Shown: positions 12,701-22,595 of the stretch, in pieces
Numbering within the stretch: position 1 is the first letter of the stretch
Layout of the letters: each line of letters opens with the position of its first letter
Assembly (NCBI RefSeq): GCF_022045235.1
Contig: NW_027266264.1
Coordinates: 21,824,001-21,888,000 of the forward strand
DNA from: Haliotis cracherodii
Lineage: Eukaryota
Reading direction: 5' to 3'
Length of the DNA stretch: 64,000 nucleotides
Made by a program: the position numbers and the translations under genes
Notes under the pieces: generated by a model
The model's input: the letters and a program-made list of their open reading frames with translations, nothing else
Databases searched by the model: none
What the model was told of the DNA's origin: nothing

Positions 12701-15700
12701 GGACATCTAGAGAAGTTCTAGAGAAGTTGAACTTAGTAATTAAGTTGCTCCAATAATTAAAATTCATTCAGGGCAGTCTTAGAAATTAAGATAAAATGCG
12801 CTCACTACTTCAGTAATCCAAGTGAGTTATCTCCCTTTCTTCCAGATAACGAAGTGCCACTGCCTCCAGATCTTCCTGACATCGACCAGGTGAGCTTCAG
12901 TCATGTTCCATGCTTCTGCTGAGTTTGTTTTAATTGTAGTTATTTCTGTTGCTGCTTTAAAAAAAGTATTTAGACAGCTTTCCATGCTTTCAGACGGGAG
13001 TCGACTCTAAAATACTGGCAGCAACATTTATTGATTAATTTTTTGGCATCAGGCTTTAGCTTAAAAACTAAATTTATAACAAGAAAGTCATTTGATGTTT
13101 AGCTTGAGGCTTGTTTTGCATGTGCAGTGATGTGATAGGAATTTGAGGAGAAGTTGTGTTTGAAGTGCTTTGCATATATAGTCAACAAATTAAAGGGACT
13201 CTTGTTACATTTTATACAAAGAGATAACTTATTACAGACATTTTAAGAAATACATTTAGACTGTCCCATACCAGTCACTTGAAGCTTCATGATTTAATGA
13301 CAAGATTTTTACTAAAATCTGAAACATCTATTTCCTAGTGTTCATGTTTAAAATTATACCAAATTTGCACCATATCAACCATATTTAATAGCTGAACCTG
13401 AAAGCAGGATTCGACCCAGACCAGTTGGCAGCCGAGCAAGTCTGATTCAAACGATTTAAACGTCCCTTTGATTCACATTTTATTGTGCATATCTCTCCAA
13501 CAATTTATAATCACATTAATTACCCAGAGATACTGTGAGATTCACAGATTGCACTATTGTCTGGACCTGGAATAGGCATCAGGACAATCAGTGTGGTCTA
13601 ACTCAGATATTGCAGTAAATTAGAATGACTTTCTGTATGCTGTGTTGTGGCATCTGCTTGTGGTTCACTGCTAGACTATTGCCATGCTGATACTGTTGGC
13701 TGCTTGGTAGCCTTGCTTAGTATCTGGTGTCACATTTGTCCCTCTGTCTGTAGCCTGCAGCCTCTAGTTCAGCTCCTGGTAAAAAACGTCCTGGAAAAAT
13801 AGGGAAACTTCAGGTAGGTGTTCCTTTGATGTGAGTTTTAGTTCCGGTCTGTACAACCTTTAGTTGATATAGGATTCAGTGGACTCTAAGCCAGGCCTAC
13901 CAAGAAAACCAGCTGAAAGCAAGCAAATTATGGAATCTGTACACACTTTAAATAGAAATAGCCACACAACTTACAAGAAAGACACAATCCAAATAAAGAG
14001 TGTGTCGTAATGATTAAAACCTGACATATTTTCAATGAAACCATGCGATTGTGCAGATTGCAACAAACTGAGTGTGCATGCACTCGGTGCGTTGCAGTCT
14101 CCAATGGAAATGTGGCAGAGTTTAATCATTATGATGCACACTTTATGGGGATTGTGTCTTGTGTGGCCATTTCTATTTCATACAGATTCCATAGTTTGGT
14201 TGCTCTCTGCTGATTTTCTTCGGTAGGCCTGTAAGCTAAGAAACTGTTCTGTGTTGCTTTAAATACCATTCCTGCCTACATTAACTGTGTTGGATAGAGA
14301 CATTGTGATCATATGCATATATTTATGACTGAATATTAGTAATGATGATTATATGGACTGGTTGATCAATACTCTGACTATTGACAGCACATCACAGGTC
14401 AATACACACCATAGAAGCCTTTTCCATGCATATTGGGGTAAAGAAACAAGTCATAGCTAAATTTTCTTCCAACTGCTGTACATCTTGTGAGTGTGAAGGG
14501 TGTATTAATGAATGATGTACAAGGTGTAGTTTGTTTTCATTTCCTTCAATAGACACAGGGCACAGTGATTATACAATTGTAATATTCATATTTATGATTG
14601 ATATGTGGAGGGTGCATTACAGAGAGGATGTATGCGCAGTGTGTATTTGTGAATGACATTTGCTGGATATATTTATCAGAATATATGTTCTGGGTGTGTT
14701 TATGAATTCTGTATGAAGTTTATATTTTTGAATGATGTGTGCAGTATGTATTGATATGATATATGCAGGGTGTATATATGAGATGATCTGTATAGCTCTT
14801 TGTGTTTTTGTATGTCTATAACAGATGAGGTGTGTGTCATGTATATGTTTGGTATGGCAGGGAGGTCTCGGTATCAACCCCGCTGCGTTACTTCCGGGGG
14901 CAGCGCCGCCTCGGGCAGCAGAGAATCAACCAGCTGTGGGCTTCAGCGAACCACCGGAGACTACAGTGCTACCTAGTGCTTCAAAGGTAATAGAACCCTG
15001 GGGGATAGAACCGGTCCTCAGCTTACAATTGTATGCCATAACAGGCAACTAAATGGGATCAAAGGGTCAGGCTCTGTGACTTGCCTGATCGTCATGGTGC
15101 TCTGCTCATAATATCAATCATTGGTTTTTGTGGTCCAGACTTTATTATTTACAGGCAGCTGTTATAAAGTTGGAATTTTGCTGACTGTGTCATGAAACAA
15201 CAAACAAATCAGTCTTCATGTGAAGCCAAATTGGTAGTTTGACATTGTGATTTAATGTGTCAGTTCATAATATTGACAGTCGTATTAACTTATATGATAT
15301 CCTTTTTTTTGCCTTAAATAGGTTAAGGATTCAATACCTGTTTTTATTCTTTAGGTTTAGGATAAATAAGTCCCTGAGGATGTTAAAATTTGATGAACGG
15401 TATTGGGTGCATTATCTTTTCAACTAGACATATTTATAAATGGTGCAAGGGGAGGTGGGGTAGCCTCATGGTTAAAGCGTTGGCTTGTCATGCTGAAAGC
15501 CCTTGTTCATTTCCCCACATGGGTACAATGTGTTATTAGATTGTATGAATTAAGCTGTGTCAAACTTCTTCTTTAGGACCGAGTGAGGATTATCACCAGA
15601 CGCAGGCCCCAGAGTCGAAAGGCTCGGCACTCTGCCGCCCTCTCAGGTGTTTTTGATGACTTCTCCCCAACTATGTCACCAACATCCCCAACAGAACCCA

Positions 15701-18700
15701 ACCCCATTGCTCAAATTGATGGCAAGGATTCCAGCCCTCCAAAAACTGAGACTCGATCAGATTTATTTGGAAATGATGACATTCTTGGAGACTCCTCCAA
15801 ATCAGCTCCAGTGTTAACAGAGGACAAATCTGGTGATAAGGATTTGTTTAGTGATGGACTATTTACCAAGAGTGGTAGCACAAAGCCATCAGACTCTGTA
15901 GATGGACTCTTTGAGTCTTCAGGGAAAAGTGAGAAGAAGGACCCTGTAGCTGCTGCTGATCTGTTTCCCTCCAAGTCTTCATCAGCGAGTGGACAGGCAA
16001 AGAAGGTGGCACCAGTTGATAATGAGGAAGACTTGTTCGCGTCAACATCTAAGTTAGCAGATAAAGAATCCAAGACTGATAGTAGTAGCAAGAAGGAAGA
16101 GAAGAAAGCCAAGGTTGTGGATGACGACGACATCTTTGCTGATGCCAGTATTAACAAGAAAAAAGGTAGATTAGGTTCACATGTTTAATGTAATGATTGT
16201 TGTCACTTAGCTGTGCATAGGGCACATCTAGGAAGTTTCATCACTCTCAATCACAGATTTATTTATCTTTTTAGAAATGTGGGTATAGATTTCATGACTC
16301 TGTCTCGTCTTATATTCGTCATTAGGGCCATGATTTGTCCCTAATCCAGTCAACCATGTCAGGACCCTGTGGGGATTCCGGGTTGGAGTAGGTCCACAGA
16401 AAACCTATGGTGGTTGTAAGAGGCGATCAAATGGATCAGGTGTCAGATTTGGTGACTTTGTTGATTGCATGTCATCAACGCTGTTCTTAATATCAATCAC
16501 TTGATTTTCTGGTCCAGACAGTTATTTTAAAGGCTGCTGTCATATAGCTGGAATATTGCTGAGTGTGACGTTAAACAACAAACAACCATGTCAGGATAAG
16601 TTGGGTGTAGTTTCAAATCCCAGATTGTTTCATGATCACTGATGTGTCATACCCATGGGTTTCACCAAAGTGGTAAGCATCTTACTGCAACTCACTCACT
16701 ACTTCACCTACACACTGTTTGACATGAGGTTAATCTTCTCCTTTAAGAATCAAAGAAACCTCCTGCTGGGCCCAGTGATGACATATTTGGAGACAGTTCA
16801 GCATCCAAGAAACCCTCCCAGAAACCGGCTCCGGGGGTGAGTGGAGCTTGGCCAACATATTCCAAGTGACCACTGTCTTTAATAACTACTGACAAATAAT
16901 TACCTGACAGGCATTCTCTGCACAGTGGCTTAAACACCAAAAGGTTTTTAAGGGAAATTTAGAAATTGTGTTTGTTGGTAGACCTGCTGGTGTCTTACCT
17001 CTTTTCTACCCTTGGTATCCAATTTTCCATTTAATTTATCCCTAGAATACTTTAATAAATGGATGTTGAAAAAGTACATTCTACCCATGTGTGTTTAATG
17101 GATTGAATCATGAGATGGTATGTGGATTATTCTAAAGAACAAATGTTATTTGCCTAACAACTAATGTGTTTGTGTGTTATGCTAGAATGAGGAAGACATC
17201 TTTGCCACATCAGCACCAGCAGAGAAGAGGAGGCCGAAAAAAGCCAGTGTGAAGGACGAGGCCCTATTCAAGGATGAGACCGACATCTTTGCTGACATTC
17301 CCGCCTCCAAGCCCAAGGAGCCCAAGAAGAAGAAGAAGACGACCGAGAAGAAGAGCATATTCAAGGATGATATAGGTGAGAAGGATATCAGTCCTCTGAA
17401 ACCCATCGGTCCTCATTGAACAGTATCCAAACACTCCTCAATAATAGCTCATACCTCCGTAACACATCAATCTTTACCAACCTATCAGTCCTCAGTAGCC
17501 CATCAGTCTTCAGTAACCCATCAGTCCTTGGTAACCCATCTGTCTTCAGTAACAGCTCATACCTCGGTAACCCATCAGTCTTCAGTAACCCAACAGTCCT
17601 TGGTAACCCATCAGTCTTCGGGAACCCATCAGTCCTTGGTAACCGATCAGTCTTCAGTAACCCATCAGTCTTCAGTAGCCCATCAGTCTTCAGTAACCCA
17701 TCAGTCTTCAGTAACCCATCAGTCTTCTGTAACCCATCAGTCCTCAGTAACCCATCAGTCTTCAGTAACCCATCAGTCCTTGGTAACCCATCAGTCTTCA
17801 GTAACCCATCAGTCCTTGGTAACCCATCAGTCTTCAGTAACCCATCAGTCCTCAGTAGCCCATCAGTCTTCAGTAACCCATCAGTCCTTGGTAACCCATC
17901 AGTCTTCAGTAACAGCTCATACCTCGGTAACCCATCAGTCCTTGGTAACCCATCAGTCTTCAGTAACCCATCAGTCCTCAGTAGCCCATCAGTCTTCAGT
18001 AACCCATCAGTCTTCAGTAACCCATCAGTCCTTGGTAACCCATCAGTCTTCAGTAACCCATCAGTCCTTGGTAACCCATCAGTCTTCAGTAACCCATCAG
18101 TCTTCAGTAACCCATCAGTCTTCAGTAACCCATCAGTCTTCTGTAACCCATCAGTCCTCAGTAACCCATCAGTCTTCAGTAACCCATCAGTCTTCAGTAA
18201 CCCATCAGTCCTTGGTAACCCATCAGTCTTCAGTAACCCATCAGTCTTCAGTAACCCATCAGTCCTTGGTAACCCATCAGTCTTCAGTAACCCATCAGTC
18301 CTCAGTAGCCCATCAGTCTTCAGTAACCCATCAGTCTTCAGTAACCCATCAGTCCTTGGTAACCCATCAGTCTTCAGTAACAGCTCATACCTCGGTAACC
18401 CATCAGTCTTCAGTAACAGCTCATACCTCGGTAACCTACCAGTCTTCAGTAACAGCTCATACCTCTGTAACCCATCAGTCTTCAGTAACCCATTAGTCTT
18501 CAGTAACCCATCAGTCTTCAGTAACCCATCAGTCCTCAGTAACCCATCAGTCTTCAGTAACCCATCAGTCCTTGGTAACCCATCAGTCTTCAGTAACCCA
18601 TCAGTCTTCAGTAACCCATCAGTCCTTCGTAACCCATCAGTCTTCAGTAACCCATCAGTCCTCAGTAGCCCATCAGTCTTCAGTAACCCATCAGTCCTTG

Positions 18701-19926
18701 GTAACCCAATCAGTCTTCAGTAACAGCTCATACCTCGGTAACCCATCAGTCTTCAGTAACAGCTCATACCTCGGTAACCTATCAGTCTTCATTAACAGCT
18801 CATACCTCTGTAACCCATCAGTCTTTGGTAACCCATCAGTCTTGTTAACCCATCATACTTCAGTAACCCATCAGTCTTCAGTAACAGCTGATACCTCTGT
18901 AACCCATCAGTCTTTGGTAACCCATCAGTCTTCAGTAACCCATCAGTCTTCAGTAACCCATCAATCCTTGGTAACCCATCAGTCTTCAGTAACAGCTCAT
19001 ACCTCGGTAACCCATCAGTCTTCAGTAACCCAACAGTCCTTGGTAACCCATCAGTCTTCGGGAACCCATCAGTCCTTGGTAACCGATCAGTCTTCAGTAA
19101 CCCATCAGTCTTCAGTAGCCCATCAGTCTTCAGTAACCCATCAGTCTTCAGTAACCCATCAGTCCTTGGTAACCCATCAGTCTTCAGTAACAGCTCATAC
19201 CTCGGTAACCCATCAGTCTTCAGTAACCCATCAGTCCTCAGTAGCCCATCAGTCCTTGGTAACCCATCAGTCTTCAGTAACCCATCAGTCCTTGGTAACC
19301 TATCAGTCTTCAGTAACAGCTCATACCTCGGTAACCCATCAGTCTTCAGTAACCCATCAGTCCTTGGTAACCCATCAGTCTTCAGTAACCCATCAGTCCT
19401 CAGTAGCCCATCAGTCTTCAGTAACCCATCAGTCTTCAGTAACCCATCAGTCCTTGGTAACCCATCAGTCTTCAGTAACAGCTCATACCTCGGTAACCCA
19501 TCAGTCTTCAGTAACCCATCAGTCCTTGTTAAACCATCAGTCTTTGGTAACCCATCAGTCTTGTTAACCCATCATACTTCAGTAACCCATCAGTCTTCAG
19601 TAACAGCTGATACCTCTGTAACCCATCAGTCTTCAGTAACCCATCAGTCTTCAGTAACCCATCAGTCCTTGGTAACCTATCAATCCTCAGTATCTGTCAG
19701 CCCATAGTAACCTATCAGTCTTCAATAACCCATCAGTCATTAGTCCTTAATAACACATCAGTTCTCGGCAACTGCTCTCCTTCCTGTTTCAGATGACATC
19801 TTTGCAGACTCTTCCCCAGTGTCGACCAAGTCCAAGAAGGACACCAAGAAAAAGTCAAAAGATACAGGAAAGTCCAGTGCTGATGATGTTGACATATTTG
19901 AAGACCCCCTTGGGGGAGCCAAGTGA
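3645..19926 (+). CDS. WASHC2: WASH complex subunit 2 (FAM21), 3' part: 17 exons, ~824 aa, 5' end lies upstream of the window. join(3645..3768,4848..4945,5134..5233,5843..5986,7490..7612,9426..9560,9839..9913,10655..10829,11398..11549,12574..12691,12846..12889,13754..13813,14861..14986,15577..16165,16748..16836,17186..17375,19793..19926)
   Basis: All introns are GT..AG with consistent phases; the spliced length is 2476 nt (1 nt + 825 codons including the stop). About 20 L/I-F-acidic motifs (LFDDDLDDEEDMF, LFDEDDEDADLF, LFEDEDVLF, LFDDDDDGLF, IFKDDIDDIFAD). KIGKLQ-GGLGINPAALLP, CPI-like VLPSASKDRVRIITRRRPQSRKAR and C-terminal DIFEDPL are all FAM21 hallmarks. Confidence 0.93.
4068..4374. mobile_element. 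Head-to-head inverted pair of a tRNA-headed SINE-like element
   Basis: Arms 4068-4179 and 4263-4374 are reverse complements; the minus-strand copy has A-box TGGTTGAGTGG and B-box GGTTCGAATCCC. Confidence 0.75.
4848..4945 (+). CDS. WASHC2: WASHC2 exon (KGDKAKPRSSSLFDDDLDDEEDMFSFKSKPKD)
   Basis: ttacag acceptor, AG|gtgagt donor, phase 0-2. Confidence 0.9.
5134..5233 (+). CDS. WASHC2: WASHC2 exon (SGGKKKPVGGVALFGGADILKKKTETPAEEPAK)
   Basis: cgtag/cag acceptor, AAG|gtgagg donor, phase 2-0. Confidence 0.88.
5474..5838 (+). repeat. 32-33 bp minisatellite (~11 copies) running into the acceptor at 5842
   Basis: Unit tttgtgtactggtggagttgagaagtgaaatg. Confidence 0.95.
5843..5986 (+). CDS. WASHC2: WASHC2 exon (ATPEEEKPEV...SLFDEDDEDADLFGAAPKPKPAASTAKKE)
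   Basis: gtgccag acceptor, GAG|gtacca donor, phase 0-0. Confidence 0.9.
6180..6512. mobile_element. pogo/Tigger-like MITE
   Basis: TA|ccgtattc...gaatacg ends, with subterminal taataag(t/c)gccc motifs at both ends. Confidence 0.55.
7490..7612 (+). CDS. WASHC2: WASHC2 exon (QSKPKAGGKSLFEDEDVLFGGASEEAPGVDLFSKQGPLGGS)
   Basis: cctacag acceptor, TCC|gtgagt donor, phase 0-0. Confidence 0.9.
7563..9175 (+). repeat. 59-bp minisatellite (~24 clean plus 2-3 degenerate copies) containing the exon 3' end and 5' splice site
   Basis: Unit aggcactgggttaaatctaatcagttagagactgggaggctccGTGAGTaacaattaac; the first unit overlaps exon 7490-7612. Confidence 0.95.
9426..9560 (+). CDS. WASHC2: WASHC2 exon (SKAEPATAAP...TDLFDDDDDGLFDTKKDK)
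   Basis: ttgcag acceptor, AAG|gtatgt donor. Confidence 0.9.
9839..9913 (+). CDS. WASHC2: WASHC2 exon (PKEKVEVAGATTTESSDAGPPAAEE)
   Basis: ctaac branch site plus strong pyrimidine tract tttcccccag; GAG|gtgggt donor; symmetric 75 nt, so potentially skippable. Confidence 0.8.
10226..10551. mobile_element. MITE family X, copy 1
   Basis: taaggcttaaaaaaa...tttttttagcctta TIRs; homologous to 11593-11983. Confidence 0.7.
10655..10829 (+). CDS. WASHC2: WASHC2 exon (EAKPAAPP...KPAGAVSMFGGMDPSALLKKKKK...)
   Basis: acccag acceptor, G|gtattc donor, phase 0-1. Confidence 0.88.
11398..11549 (+). CDS. WASHC2: WASHC2 exon (ADPLFGDADDGKGGADIFTVV...KAQQ)
   Basis: gttgcag acceptor, CAG|gtctgt donor, phase 1-0. 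Confidence 0.88.
11593..11983. mobile_element. MITE family X, copy 2
   Basis: Shared blocks gaattggttc..ggcaatg.ctttt and tgaaa.taaaaacgaaa..gaagacttt.tgatga with copy 1. Confidence 0.7.
12574..12691 (+). CDS. WASHC2: WASHC2 exon (EAPKPTRPKLAGAVSMFGGMDPGGWSGQKKMMPTRQISE)
   Basis: ttccag acceptor, G|gtaaga donor, phase 0-1. Confidence 0.85.
12846..12889 (+). CDS. WASHC2: WASHC2 exon (DNEVPLPPDLPDIDQ)
   Basis: ctttcttccag acceptor, CAG|gtgagc donor, phase 1-0 restores the frame. Confidence 0.82.
13190..13470. mobile_element. Possible Kolobok-type MITE
   Basis: ttaaagggac...gtcccttt termini. Confidence 0.35.
13754..13813 (+). CDS. WASHC2: WASHC2 exon (PAASSSAPGKKRPGKIGKLQ)
   Basis: tctgtag acceptor, CAG|gtaggt donor; KIGKLQ precedes the INPAALLP motif as in FAM21. 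Confidence 0.87.
14861..14986 (+). CDS. WASHC2: WASHC2 exon (GGLGINPAALLPGAAPP...ETTVLPSASK)
   Basis: ggcag acceptor, AAG|gtaata donor; conserved INPAALLP. Confidence 0.92.
14995..15208 (+). mobile_element. SINE family C copy, starting 8 nt into the intron
   Basis: Homologous to 16365-16582 (tggtccagac...ggaat(a/t)ttgctga...aaacaacaaacaa). Confidence 0.7.
15449..15533 (+). mobile_element. SINE family A, 5' half (CpG-decayed)
   Basis: gggg.ggtggggtagcct..tggttaaagcgtt...ttccccacatgggtacaatgtg. Confidence 0.75.
15577..16165 (+). CDS. WASHC2: WASHC2 large exon (DRVRIITRRRPQSRKARH...DDDDIFADASINKKK)
   Basis: cttctttag acceptor, G|gtagat donor; matches ORF 15583..16188; second half of the CPI motif. 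Confidence 0.93.
16365..16582 (+). mobile_element. SINE family C, full copy with target-site duplication
   Basis: 14-bp TSD caaccatgtcagga at 16351-16364 and 16583-16596; gtaagaggcga motif; (aaac)n tail. Confidence 0.8.
16748..16836 (+). CDS. WASHC2: WASHC2 exon (ESKKPPAGPSDDIFGDSSASKKPSQKPAPG)
   Basis: ctcctttaag acceptor, GGG|gtgagt donor, phase 1-0. Confidence 0.85.
17186..17375 (+). CDS. WASHC2: WASHC2 penultimate exon (NEEDIFATS...LFKDETDIFAD...SIFKDDI)
   Basis: gctag acceptor, G|gtgaga donor, phase 0-1. Confidence 0.9.
17390..19770 (+). repeat. 18-bp minisatellite (~130 copies) filling the last WASHC2 intron
   Basis: Unit cagtaacccatcagtctt, with variants cttggtaacc and aacagctcatacctcgg. 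Confidence 0.97.
19793..19926 (+). CDS. WASHC2: WASHC2 last coding exon (DDIFADSS...DDVDIFEDPLGGAK*)
   Basis: cctgtttcag acceptor; FAM21-type IF(D/E)DPL terminus; TGA at 19924-19926. Confidence 0.92.
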
Positions 19927-21024
19927 TGGCATCAACTTAGGATACATTGTTATATTATGTTATCATTTGTATAGTAAGATTATTTTGTACAGATTAGGTT
20001 GTTTTTATGCGGGTCAGGCTGGAAAGTACAAGAAGAAAATGCTAAAACAATATTTTACAAACACATGTACAGAGATATTTCATTGTTATGAGACTGACCC
20101 CTTCCCCTAAAAAAGAATGATCAGTTGAAATGCTAATGTGTATTAAATGTTTATAGGAACCATGATTATTCTGTCCCTTACCAGTCTCAATGAAGGCCAT
20201 GCTGCACACTGAAATACTCTGCATTGAAGTATAAATGCCCATACACATTTGTCAGCAGAATATCCTTTGATATCCAAAATGCCAAGGTGACCTGGTGCAC
20301 TTTTTTCAACTGAACTATCTCTACAGAAGATGAGTTTCATGCTGGTCGATTGTAGTGTGTTTCTTATTTCTAAATTAATTGACAACATTTGTAGTTGATG
20401 GAAGAACTTCTGTCATCTTGATTTAGATTTTTGTAAGAACTAAATTACATAAGGAAGAGCATTTATGTATCTCAACTTTATATGAAGACTTCAACCTTTT
20501 GTAGTATATACTTACTTCTTCATACCCTGTTACACTTTGAAATGTTGTGTTCCTCATAATAAAGAAGTTGACATACATAAATTCTTCTTCATTATGTGTA
20601 TCACTTCGAAAGGCCATTCAAAGACTTGTGAGTTACATGTACATGTATTTAGTTTCTGTTGTGTTTTCCATCAAATCATGCATGTGAAATTGATCAGAGT
20701 GGATGAAGGTTTAAGTCTTTCTGACAGGCAGTAAATGGTGTCATTTACAGATGTCTATGCTTCATGTTACTGCTAATTCTTACAATCCAATCATTAGTTA
20801 TGGTTTCCATGTTGTGTATCTGCTAGATGAACATTTGATGGGGTGAATGCATCTTCTGAAACACTAGAGGAAATGATTGGCCAAAGACAGCAGGGCAGGA
20901 AGTGTATCCTTGTTGTTTTTTGTTTAATGCCACACTCAACAGTATTCCACCGACATGACAACAGTCTGTAAATAATTGAGTGTGGACCAGACAGTCCAAT
21001 GGTTGATATCATGAACATCATATC

Positions 21025-21570
21025 AACTGGAACAGGATATGTAAGCACTTGGACAGGAAGTGTATCCTGTGGGGTAGGAGATATGTCAACTGGGACAGGA
21101 GATGTATCCACTGGGGCAGGAGATATGTCCACTGGGACAGGAGATGTATCCACTTGGACAGGAGATATGTCCACTGGGACAGGAAATGTATCCACTGGGA
21201 CTGGAGGTGTATCCACTGGGACACAAGATATACACCTACTGGGACAGGAGGTGTATCCACTGGGACAGGAGATATGTCCACTGGGACAGGAGGTGTATCC
21301 ACTGGGACAGGAGATATGTCCATTTGGACTGGAGATATGTCCACTGGGACAGGAGGTGTATCCACTGGGACAGGAGATATGTCCACTGGGACAGGAGGTG
21401 TATCCACTGGGACAGGAGATATGTCCACTGGGACAGGAGGTGTATCCACTGGGACAGGAGATATGTCCATTTGGACTGGAGATATGTCCACTGGGACAGG
21501 AGGTGTATCCACTGGGACAGGAGATATGTCCACTGGGACAGGAGGTGTATCCACTGGGACAGGAGGTGTG
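21025..21570 (+). repeat. 21-bp minisatellite with alternating variants (42-bp dimer), probably in the 3' UTR
   Basis: ggacaggagatatgtccactg alternating with ggacaggaggtgtatccactg. Confidence 0.95.
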
Positions 21571-22147
21571 TTCATCAGGGCACAGGTTTGTTGACCAACA
21601 TGCATCTCTGATCAGAATAGCTGTGAGACATGTTTCGGCAGGAGAAAGTTGCACTGTGACTTGGACAAAGATCATTAGGATAAATATGGAGACTTTCTGT
21701 GTTTGGCATTGATGGTGTCTTGTTTTAAGCTTAACATATAGTGGTTTCAACATAATAAACTTGTTAAGAATAGTTGTATTCAGTTATAACAAGTTGTGTG
21801 GTGCTATTATCAGGTAGATTCGTATCAAGCGAATACACCTTCAAGCTTGCAATGAAGCTTGCATGGAAAGACTGTATAATTGTTTGGGAGTTGAAATGGT
21901 AAAATAAGTGTTACATATATAAGTAATTGTATACACACATCCAATCCTGTGAGCAAATATACAATATGTGGCTCTGTGGAATTTTACCTCAGAATTCAAG
22001 ATTTATCATCAAGACTGATTTGAGTAGTAAGATGTGCACAAATACTGTTGGTCTTGAAGGATTATTATGGAAGGTAATCTTATGACCGGTAAATACATAA
22101 CAGAACAATTAATGCTGTATATCTGATCTGTAAGAGACATTGAGTGC

Positions 22148-22153
22148 AATAAA
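22148..22153 (+). terminator. Candidate polyadenylation signal of WASHC2 (alternatives at 20558 and 21754)
   Basis: AATAAA followed ~20 nt later by a GT/T-rich tract (ctttgttattgtttg). Confidence 0.4.
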
Positions 22154-22431
22154 TGCCTTTATATGATACCCTTTGTTATTGTTTGATCTCAAGCAGCAGA
22201 CTGACTCTGTAGTGTGGTGGATCAAACATCTGCCCGGAGAGCGGAAAGTCAGTGGTTTGGTCCCTGACCACGTCATACCAAATGACTTTAAAATAGGGTA
22301 CTCACCTGGCCACCTCTCTATCAGCTCCAAGATATCCATGTAATGAATGTGCACAACAGAAGTTAACGACCACCCGATTCTTTCATAGGACTATACTTTA
22401 TCTGTCATGCCATGACAGATTAACTATAGTA

Positions 22432-22595
22432 CAGTAAACCACGGTTATAACGAACTCAGCGGGACCACTAATTTTAGTTCGTAATAACCATAGTTCGTTA
22501 TAAGCATATATACAGCATATACAAATGGTCGGGACTAAAAGATAAGTTCATTATCTTGGTCAGTCAGTGTGTTCGTTGTAAAGGTAGTTTACGGC
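22432..22595. mobile_element. Tc1/mariner-type MITE family Y (other copies at 41645-41819, 54700-54868, 57115-57273)
   Basis: TA|cagtaaac..cggttataacgaact...gttcgtt...gtagtttac. Confidence 0.75.

Noticed and set aside
15711-16157. Minus-strand 148-aa ORF (and 17182..17406, 9296..9601)
   Set aside because: These are antisense shadows of WASHC2 exons.
17416-19567. Long ORFs (435, 322 and 331 aa; NPSVFS and VTHQSS repeats) as independent genes
   Set aside because: They are translations of an 18-bp repeat (a multiple of 3) inside an intron, open in two frames and interrupted by a frameshift.
20794-21753. ORFs of 169-319 aa on both strands, and similar ones at 5377-6076 and 37805-38769
   Set aside because: They are minisatellite translations.
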